Source: Mobula hypostoma (Eukaryota). Taken from it: DNA of 64,000 nt. Of the stretch, positions 50,518 through 60,410 are shown one piece after another. A model generated the notes under the pieces. That model searched no databases. It had not been told where the DNA came from and saw nothing but the letters and a program-made list of their open reading frames with translations. How positions within the stretch are numbered: position 1 is the first letter of the stretch; each line of letters opens with the position of its first letter. The stretch spans positions 185,506,001-185,570,000 of the forward strand of contig NC_086097.1 of NCBI RefSeq assembly GCF_963921235.1, given 5' to 3'. The translations under genes were made by a program, and so were the position numbers.

Positions 50518-51860
50518 CTGCTGATTTCCTCACATTTTGTGTGAGCTGCTCAAGATTGTCAACATCTGCAGACTCTCCTGTGTCTTAGTAACAACTTTAC
50601 CTACGTGCTACCACTTTTCAGAGTACAAAATTAATTTTAATAGTTTGTTCTTATGTGAGCTGATTATATCAATCGGTCAAGGCAACGTAAATAGTGGAAG
50701 CTCAGAATTTTACATATTTGAACTAGACTAAGCTAATGAATGAATGAAAACGCTTTCTAAAAATATGCAAGTATCAGACAGATCTTTTAAACAGGATGAC
50801 TTGCTTCCATTTCATTTTGTTGGGTATAAGGTGGTGAATGAGGTAAAATTAGAAAACTGCAGAGACTTCACAGATGGGGATAAGTAGATTGCAATATTAA
50901 CACTGAAAATGGTGGAAATTTCATCCACAGGAAGAGAAAGATTGCTAACATTTCAGGTCAAATACCCTTCATCAGAACTGGGAAGGATACAAGCTTGTTA
51001 AGCTAAAAGGTTGGTGGGGGAGAGTGGGTGTGTCTGGCCATGCCCCTTTTCCCCATCCACCATAGGCTGTAAATCTATTCAAAGAGTGAATGACAGCAAT
51101 GAGAGGGTGAGAATATAGACCCAAGAATACCGGAATTGTGAAGTACAAAGCAGGTAAACAGGTAGACATGGCCTGCAGGTACAATGGGCATGTCCTCCAC
51201 TCCCAGAGGGAAAAACAGACCTTAAAAAAGGAATAGGGGTAAACACACAAACTAAGCCAATACTGTATCAGAGATGGTTGATTGAATACCAATAGTAATC
51301 AAGCCACCTGACCTTAAAAAACTGAAGCTGTACTGCAGATTTAACTGAACTAAACAAGTAAACAAAACAATTGTTATGTTTTTAAAAAACAGAAAAAAAA
51401 TACCAAAACATATTTCTTGGAAAACATTGATTGAAATATTTCACTCAAAGTAAGATAAATACTAAATGTACTATACAAGTCTGCCCCCTAAAGGTTGAAT
51501 GCAAAAGTGATTTCCCAAGTCCCAACCATTAGCAAAATAAGTTTGATATTTAATTTCCCTCATTTTATTATTTTCATATGAAAATGGTTTGACCCAAATT
51601 GCTCATCATCTTATTCAGCAATTATGTTTACACAAAATAACAGGTTTTTCTCTGTATTGGATAAATGTTTAGAAAGCAAATTATTTTGGAGAAGATGGGT
51701 GGCACGTAACAGCATAATGTACCATGCAATTGAGCCAATAATAGTTGATCTTGTATTTGATTCTGATCTCATTTGTACCAAATTGGACAATGGGTATTAT
51801 TCAGAAATATCTGCTGGTGGTCACCACATCTCTTATTGTGTGGCATGTTTCCCACAATTT

Positions 51861-54344
51861 CTTCTTTTTTGTAATTTTTTTTATTGAAGTTCATCATCAA
51901 ACATTTCCATAGGGTGTATTTCAGATACTGTACATATATATCATATAATTATATTTGTCAAAAATCTCCATATAATATTTATCTGAGGTATACACTTATA
52001 GAAAGGAGAGGAAAGAAAGGACAACTGAAAGAAGAAAACTATGTACAAAGTAGAGAGTGATTTTTTTTTAAATGACATATTCATTGACTTGTGAGAATAA
52101 AATCAGGCCTATGAGGTGTTATGTAGTTAAACCATTTTCCCAGTATTGTTTCAACTAATGATTAACTGATGCTTTCATCTTCTCCATTTTGTAAATGTAC
52201 ATTGTAATTTCCATCCATACATTTAAAGTTTGGCTCTCCTGTGATAACCATTTCCTGGTAAGGGTCTTTTTACCAGGCACCAGCAGTATATTCATTAAAT
52301 ATTTATCTCTTTTCAACCATTCTTGAGGTATATACCCAAAATATATGGTCTTACTTTCCAAGGGTATTTCACATTTAAAGATGTCTTGTAGGGCATTATG
52401 TATCCCACTCCAACAGTTTTTGATAACAGGGCATTCTCAGAAAATATGATAATGGTTTGCATTTTGATTTCCACAATTTCTCCAGCAAACAGGGAGGTTA
52501 CTATCATAATGGGATTTCTGAGAGGGTGTAATAAAATATCTTATCAAGTTTTTCCACCCGAACTCCCTGCATTTCTGTGAACTGGTACACTTCCATTGAT
52601 ACCTCCATATTATTTTAAAAATGCAAACACAAGGAAATCTGCAGATGCTGGAATTTCAAACAACACACACAAAGGTTGCTGAGGGAACGCAGCAGGCAAG
52701 GCAGCATCTCTAGGAAGAGATACAGTCGACGTTCCAGGTCGAGACTCTTCGAAGTTCCCCCAGCAACTTTTATGTGTGCTCCTCCATATTATTGTCCAGT
52801 CTTCCTCAGGTATTATTATCCCTCCTTCCTTCTCCCATGTTGTTTTAATGTATGAAGTCGAATGTGTTTTAAGATTTGACAAGACCTTATACACGCTTGA
52901 AATGATTCTACTACTGTTGTCTGAATTATATGCTTTTCTAAATAGCTCTATCAGACATGTACTTGCCTTGGTTACATTTTTAACCATCTTATTAACATAC
53001 TGTCGCATCTGTAAATACCGGTAAGAGTCTTGTTTTTCTAATAAGTGTTTCTCTTTGAGCATTTCAAAACTGAACAGTGTCCCTTCTTTCATTATATTGC
53101 AAATAGCTGTTATTCCTTTAGCTGTCCAGTCCTTAAATCTAGCATCCAGTTTATTCAGCGTAAAATCCGAGTCATGTGTACACCATTTAAGAATTGCAAT
53201 GTCTCTCTCCAGTTTATATTCTTTTATAATAGTTTTCCATATTTTAAGAGTCCATTTCACCCACGAGTTACAAATAGTATTTATGTAACTTTGTAGGTTG
53301 TTATCAACCAAAATTGCCTGTATGGGGATGGAAAGTATCCTCTCCTAAATGTTTTTCCATTGAGCGTCACATGATGGATTGCACCAGCATATCACAGCTC
53401 TCAACTGTGCCGCAAAATAACAATCTCTAAGAGAAGGTAGGCCCCATCCCCCTTTTCCTTGGCTAATTGCAAAGTTTTGAGACAAACCCTGGGCCTTTTA
53501 CCTTGCCATATATATCTTGATAGCATCTTGTTCCATTCATTGAATTGATTTTGGTTAATCTCTATTGGTAGGGTCTGAAGATATAGTAGTCTGGGCAGTA
53601 TATTCATTTTAATAAATTCAATCCTTGAACTGAGACCAAGAAAAGGAATTAGGTTCCATCTTGTTATATCATCTTTAATTTTTTTATCTATAGGCTGATA
53701 ATTGCATTCTGATAATTTTGCCAAATCTTTTGGCACAATGATGCCCAAATATTTGACGGACTCTGTTTGCCATGCCCAAGGATATCTACTTTCAATTTCT
53801 CTTGGTGGGCTATGGTTATATGAAAGTAGTTGGGTTTTATCTATGTTGATCTTGTATCCTGATAATTGGCCATATTGTTCAAAGAATTGCATCAATTTAG
53901 GTAAAGAGTTTGTTGGTTGCCCTAGATAGATCAAATGTCATCCGCGTAACAGGCCAATTTATGCTCTGTCTCTTTAATAGTAATTCCCCTGATATCTTCA
54001 TTTTGTCTGATGTATTGAGTTAATGGTTCCAGATATAATGCGAAGAGTAGCAGTGACCATGCACAACCCTGTCTCGTGCCCCTTTCTAGGGTAAAACTAT
54101 TAGATAAATATCCACTGATTTTAAGCCTGGCAGTTGGATTGTCATATAGTGCCTGTATAGTTTTAATAATTGTGTCATGTAGACCAAATCTATGTAAAAC
54201 TGTGTAAAGAAAATTCCAATTAACTGGATCAAATGCCTTTTCAGCGTTCACGCTTATCACTATTGCTTCGATTTCATTTTTTTTTATGTGATCCATAATG
54301 TGAAGTGTCCTTCATATATTGTCTTGTGTTTGGCGTTGGATGTA
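51861..54344 (-). mobile_element. 5'-truncated L1-clade LINE (ORF2 RT and C-terminus), frameshifted
   Basis: ISVNAEKAFDPVNW, RGTRQGC...LLFALYLEPL, YADD, KYLGI, IKMNILPRLLY. AATAAA and an A-rich tail at ~51861-51886. 12-bp TSD ttcccacaattt at 51849-51860 and 54345-54356. Confidence 0.9.
52615..52780 (-). mobile_element. Fold-back Penelope pseudo-LTR fragment nested in the L1
   Basis: 13-bp TSD cctccatattatt at 52602-52614 and 52781-52793. Short inverted arm (cagcaacttttatgtgtg) at the right end. Confidence 0.85.
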
Positions 54345-54774
54345 TTCCCACAATTTTTCAAGTCACTAGGAAACTGAGGAACAGCCTGGTAAGCATATTG
54401 TACCTTTAAATTATTGTTTAAAGCCCTGTTAATATGGTTTTGTGCAGAACTGATAGCAAACTATAGCACAGACATTAATGGTGAAACACCATAGCCCTGA
54501 GAAACTGAGAAACAGGATGCACTTCACTTCTGATTCCTTAGCTTTACAACCTCTCAGAGCCACAAAAGATGCAGTTGTAGAAAAAGCACAGGGGAGCAAG
54601 TGCAACAGTGGTCAGGATCAACTACAATCCAGTCTTATGTGAGCTTATTGAGAATTACAGTAATGAATTTCCCTCTTATCTAATTTAATTTTCAACCAAA
54701 TGTCAATGATGACATTGGCAAGAAAGAACTAGAAGCCAGTTCCCCTCTAAACTCCTGACTGACTGATCTGGCCC

Positions 54775-56965
54775 ACATCCTCCCACTTTCTCTAAATGCA
54801 AGAGGTAACCATGGGCACCTATGTATGCTCCAGCTACCTTTTCATTAGCTACTTGAACAGTCCATATTCCAAGCCTTCCCCGGTAATGCTTCCCAATATT
54901 TTCTCTGCTACATTGACAACTGCATCAGCGTTGCTTCATGCACCCATGCTGAGCTCATCAATTTCACTAATTTTACCAATTTCCAACCTACCCTTAAATT
55001 CATTTGGTCCATTGCTAACAATTTCTTCCCTTTCTTCAGCTCTGTCTGGATCTCTGTGGACAAACTGTCTACTGATATTTTTTTATAAACCTACGGATTC
55101 CCTGGCCATCTTGACTATTCTGTACCTCTTCCCACCCTGTCTCCTGTAAAAATGCTACTTTCTCAGTTCCTTCATCTCTGCTGCATCTGTTCCCAGGATA
55201 AGTCTTCCCTTTCCAGGATATCAGAAATATCTCCCTTCTTTAAAGAACAGGATTTCGCTTTCTCTACCACTAATGCTGCCCTCACTCACATCTCCTCAGT
55301 TTCCAGTATAACTATGCTCATCGTGTCTTCCCATCGCCTTAACAGGGAGAGAGTTCCTCTTGTTGTCACCTACCAACTCATGAGCCTCCGTATCTAACAC
55401 ATCATTCTCCACAACCTTCGCTATCTTCAACAAGATCCTACCACCAAACACATCTTTACCTCCTCCCCCCAACATTCTCCTCTTTTTGCAGAGATCACTC
55501 CCTCCATGATTCCCTTGTCCATTTGTCCCTTCCCACTAATCTCCCTCCTGGCACTGATTCCTGCAAATTGCCGAAGTGCTACACCTGCCATTCACCTCCT
55601 CCCTCATCTCCATTCAGGGCCCCAAACAGTCCTTCCAAATGAGGTAACACTTCACCTGCAAATCTGTTGGGGTCATCTACTGCATCCAATACTCCCAATG
55701 TGGGCTCTTCTACATTAGTGAGACCCAACTTAAACTGGGGAACTGTTTGGTCAAACACCTCCATTCCATTCGCAAAAAGCGAAATTTCCTGGTGGCCAAT
55801 TATTTTAATTTCTATCCCTTTTCCTGTTCCAACACGTCAGTCCATGACCCCCTCGTCTGCCACGAAGAGGTCACTCTCAGGATGGAAGAGCAACACCCTA
55901 TATTCCGTCTAAGTAGACTCCAACCTGATGGCATGAACTGCGATTTTTCCTTCTGGTAATTTTTTCCCCCTCTCCTTTCCCTCTTCTTCTATTTCCCACT
56001 CTGTTCTCTTACCTCTTCTCACCCGCACATCACTTTCTCCTGGTTCCCTTCCTCCATCCCTTTCTCCCATGGTCAACATTGGTCTCCTATCTGATTCCAT
56101 CTTTTCCACTCCTTTACCCTTTCTACCTATCACCTCTCAGTTTCTTATTTCATCCTCCCTCCCCCACCCAACTGGATTCACCTATCTCCTTCTAGCTGGT
56201 CCTCCTTCCCCTCCACCCACCTTTCTATTCTGGCATCTCCCCCCACCCCCCACACTTTCTTTTGAGTTCTGATTAAGGGTCTTGGCCATAAGACCATAAG
56301 ATAAAGGAGCAGAAGTAAGCCATTCAGCCCATCAAGTCTGCTCCGCCATTCAATCATGGACTGATCCAATTATCTAGTCATCTCCCCACTCCCCTGCCTT
56401 CTCCCCATACCCTGGCTAATGAAGAACCTATCTATCTTGGCTTTAAATGCACTCAATGATTTGGCCTCCACAGCCACTTGTGACAACAAATTCCATGGAT
56501 TTTCCACCCTCTGACAGAAGTAATTTCTCCGCATCTCAGTTCTAAATAGATGTCCTTCAATCCTGAAGTCATGCCCTCTTGTCCTAGACTCCTCTACCAT
56601 GGGAAATAACTTTGCCATATCTAATCTGTCCAGTCCTTTTTACATTCAGAATGTTTCTATGAGATCCCCCCCCCCCCATTCTCCTGAACTCCAGGGAACA
56701 CAGCCCAAGAGCTGCCAGGCGTTCCTCATACGGTAACCCTTTCATTCCTGGAATCATTCTCGTGAATCTTCTCTGAAATCTCTCCAACACCAATATATCC
56801 TTTCTAAAATAAGGAGCCCAAAACTGCACACAATACTGCAAGTGTGGTCTCACGAGTGCCTTATAGAGCCTCAGCATCACATCCCTGAAATGTCAACTGA
56901 TTAATCACTTCCATAGATGTTGCCTAACCTGCTGAGTTCCTCCATCATTTTCTGTGTGTTGCTCT
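54775..56965 (+). mobile_element. Old Penelope-like element (RT to pseudo-LTR) with a CR1 nested at ~56286-56884
   Basis: HFLXMQEVTMGTYV, CYIDN and GIY-YIG remnants (ORF 55747..55959, LRMEEQHPIFRLSRLQPDGMN). The pseudo-LTR resumes at 56884 after the CR1. Confidence 0.82.
56286..56884 (-). mobile_element. CR1 3' fragment
   Basis: ORFs 56584..56880 ([20 protein letters not shown]) and 56370..56618 ([10 protein letters not shown]). (ccataaga)n tail. Confidence 0.88.
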
Positions 56966-57496
56966 CTTGAAGCATTATTTATATTCAGCAAGTAAACCTG
57001 ATGAAAACTTGCCTAGTTTATTACCAATCAAATGAAAATGTCTTTGTTGTTAAGGTGTCACAGAAAACCAGGGACAGTTATATCAAAAGAGAGTTTCCCG
57101 GCAACCATTATTTTGTTTCTATGTTTATGTTTGTGTCATTTTTCACCAGGACATTGGCTACAGAAAATGGACATATGGTGAAAAATGAAGTATTAGATGT
57201 ATGCTCCCCAGCCCAGCGTTTACAACATCACAGTAGGTCATCCTGTGCTTCAGGGTTAAACCAAGTGCGCTTGCTTCACCAATATTTTCATGTAATTCTG
57301 TCATTTTCACAAAATGGTGATAGATTATTCCAAGGAATTTTATTTATTGGAACTCAGAACCATCAGAAGCAGATTGCATAGGAAGTGTCATGTCATGTTG
57401 AAAGTCAAGCACAATAAGAACAAAAGTCTAAATTTACAACGGAAAGTTCTGACTGTCACTTAACTCCAAAGAAAAAAGGAAACTGATGTTAGTTCT

Positions 57497-57780
57497 AGCA
57501 ACACACACAAAATGCTGGAGGAACTCAGCAGGCCAGGCGGCATCCATGGAAACAAAATACAGTTGACATTTGGGCCGAGACTCTTCCGATACAGAGAGCA
57601 GCAGGGATCACAGAGGGGGGAGCAGTGAGAGAGGGTTTCACAGAACTCCCGTCGAAGGATTTAGGCCCGAAACAGTGATTGTACTTTTTTTTCCCATAGA
57701 TGCTGCCTGGCCTGTTGAGTTCCTCCAGCATTTTGTGTGTGTTGCTTGGATTTACTGCATCTGCAGATTTTCTCTTGTTG
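57497..57780. mobile_element. Inverted pair of Penelope pseudo-LTR fragments with ~70-bp spacer
   Basis: 57497-57587 and 57653-57746 are reverse-complementary copies of the PLE terminus, both with decayed hammerhead cores. Confidence 0.78.
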
Positions 57781-58237
57781 GTTCTTGCAATTTGTTCTAG
57801 ATTCTCTTTTTGTAGCATGACAGACAGAATGATCTGGTGTTACAAAAGCTGATCATTGATATACGACTAAAATCCAATGTCTCCTAGCCAGCTATTCCGA
57901 AATACCAACCGTTGGGTATTTGCTTCACCAGGTAATGTTTGCTGCGTTCTCTTTCACTCACCTGGGCCCCTGTTCCCATTTTCCCTCTAACACAATGGGG
58001 ACCTGGTTCCCCGACTCCCTTCCAATTCACGGAAGCCTCAGTTCCTATATTCCCATTTAGCTTAATAGTTCAGTGGAAAATTTAGTCTAACATATACATA
58101 AAAAAGTTTTTAAATTATTTGGCTGGTATTCTGGACTATTTCACTTATTGCTATTAATACCTCAAAATTGATGAAAACTTTTATAATTAAATAATATATT
58201 TTAAATTTCAAGTAGTGGGAAAACGTGTTATATTTAC

Positions 58238-58364
58238 CAATCACACTTGGTGACAACTTGTCTAGTTTGTTACCGAACAAATGCAGTTTCGTTAACTGTT
58301 TCAGATTCTTCAGAACTTCTGGAAGTGCTTCAAATGAGTTATTGCCCAGGTTGAGATATGTCAG
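58238..58364 (-). CDS. LRRC69: LRRC69-like coding exon (first exon visible in window; 127 bp)
   Basis: ttttctag|CTG...ATT G|gtaaat. Translates LTYLNLGNNSFEALPEVLKNLKQLTKLHLFGNKLDKLSPSVI, two LxxLxLxxN LRR motifs. Resembles human LRRC69 as recalled (LTTLNLGNNLLEEVPEEMKYLTSLKNLHLSGN). Its phase-1 end joins the next exon in frame. Confidence 0.9.
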
Positions 58365-59432
58365 CTAGAAAACAGATATAAAAGTTTCTCATGTACTTTG
58401 GAACATAATTACCATATGTTGGTATTATCAATAGAGACATCAAACAACCTGCTTGCAACATCTTACCTTCAGCAAACATCCAGGCTATAATTACAACCAG
58501 TTGGTGGTAGCATCATTTACATGCTGATATTCTACACACAGCAACAAATTTCAAAAAGGTCAGAAAAAACACTTCAAAGATGTACTCCATCCTTCTGAAT
58601 GACAGGAATCCCAGACCCTTCAGAATCGAAATAGAAAAGGAACATCTGGAAAGGCACTCCTGCTTACTTGTAAGGAATATACAGCACTACTTCTCAAACT
58701 ATCACTCAAAGCCCTTGTCAGGCAGTGCCTGTACTACTTAGGCCTTATCAGCAATCCCATAACTCAGGTCTGGATGGAAAGCAAACCATCCTTAACCCTG
58801 CAAAACTGCTTAAAACAAAGGCCAAACTTATTTTTAAACTGATGACAACCCAAGATCACACAAGGCAGCATCAAATAATACATGCTTAGACATACTAAAG
58901 AAAAAGCGTGAACAAAGGAAATATTTAAAGCCCATCATAATTAATACAGAAAACATTTAGTTATACAAGGAGTATCATATCTTGTTAAAGAGCTATTACA
59001 AATCAAAATAAAGGTATAGCAGATGTATTGGATAATTACTTTCCATTACTATTTTGTAGAGCAAACAAACAGCAAAGTACTGAGAAATGAGAGCTTACCT
59101 ATTAGAATTTGTAAAATCACAGAAGGGACATACAGGAAAACCATACAGCCTGTTCTGAGTGTATCAGTTTAAGAGTTGCCCAACTCAATCCCATCTTCTG
59201 GCATTGTCTGCAACTTTACAGATTATGGTTCTTCAAATTTACACCCCTCAATATATATTAAGTGTAACAAGGTTTTCTGTCTTTCATATAGTGAGTCCAA
59301 CCTCTGATCACCTTCCAGGTGAAAATGTACCTCCATCTCCCCACAATTCCTTCTCTAGTTATCTTAAACCTGTGCCCCTGGTTTTTGACAACCATCTCCT
59401 CCCCACTAACAACAACTCTTTTCTATATCTAG

Positions 59433-60311
59433 TGTTACGAGAATACACATAAAATTAAGATGTTTGCTGGCCTGGGCTAGCATCAGTGGCATCGGCAGTT
59501 GGTCTGCCACCTGCCCTCAGGGGAAGGAGAGATAAGGAACAATGGAGCAGCGTCTGGAGATGTGTAATGAAGGGATGTGGGAGGAAGAGCTGTCTGGAGC
59601 GGCTCCCCCCTTTGAACCCTGAACTGTTTGAAGTGATGGACAGGCGATACCCCAGCAGGGGGATAAAAAGGGACAGGTTCGCTAAGACAGACACACACGC
59701 CACCCGAGGTAACGAGACCCTGGAAGCGGTGCGCTTCTCACGAGTGGGTGAGAAGTCCCAGACAACGACAAAGGTGGAAAGGTACGATCAGCGGGAACCC
59801 GGTGTGTGTCCGCCCTTGCCTGGGTGCCGGGTTCACGGCAGAGGATCGACCGCATCTGGAGGAGGGGTCACAGTCGGTGGCCTCAGGTGACATCACCAAG
59901 GACCTGCCCAAAAGCTGTTTGTGAGCCATCTCGCTGGTCTGTGAGCCATCCCGCTGGTCTGTGAGTGAAGCTGTGCTGAATGATGAGTTGTTCCTATTCT
60001 ATGTCTCTCTTCCCCACCTTGTCCATCGCCATGGCAACGATTACTGCGAACTGAACTACTAAACTGGACTGAACTTTGAGTCATTTTGAAATTGGTCATT
60101 TACCCCTAGACAACGATAGAGCTTGATTGATGCTGTTATCTTAATTCTGTGCACATGTGTGTTTATCATCACTGAACGGTTGCATTTATTATCCTTTCGA
60201 TTACTGTGTTGCTTGTTTCTTTAATAAAACTTTCTTAGTTCTAGTACTCCAGACTCCAACTGAGTGATCCATTTCTGCTGGTTTGGCAACCCAGTTACGG
60301 GGTACGTAACA
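59433..60311 (+). repeat. 5' LTR (879 bp)
   Basis: TG...CA ends with a 7-bp terminal inverted repeat (tgttacg / cgtaaca). TATA-like gataaaa near 59662, AATAAA at 60223-60228, and an internal 20-bp tandem duplication at 59921-59960. Confidence 0.93.
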
Positions 60312-60315
60312 TAAG

Positions 60316-60334
60316 TGGGGTTCTCGTCCGCGAT
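60316..60334 (+). promoter_or_regulatory. Primer-binding site, tRNA-Pro-like (degenerate)
   Basis: tggggttctcgtccgcgat lies 4 nt after the 5' LTR. The canonical PBS-Pro is TGGGGGCTCGTCCGGGAT. Confidence 0.75.
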
Positions 60335-60410
60335 TTTGAACGCTAAATTTGGGACGGAGTAAATTGATTGGGTTAAAATTCCCGAAAGAAAGAAAAGACA
60401 AACAGCAGAA

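Noticed and set aside
52610..53311. 233-aa ORF as a novel L1-Penelope fusion protein
   Set aside because: The L1 ORF2 fragment merely reads into a nested pseudo-LTR insertion. The L1 is 5'-truncated and frameshifted upstream.
59486..59890. 134-aa ORF duplicated at 63586..63990
   Set aside because: The duplication simply reflects the two LTRs. No recognisable domain, and both nucleotide differences are non-synonymous.
59921..59965. CRISPR-like or regulatory repeat array
   Set aside because: Only two 20-bp tandem units plus a partial third, with no spacers. It is a local duplication inside a eukaryotic LTR.
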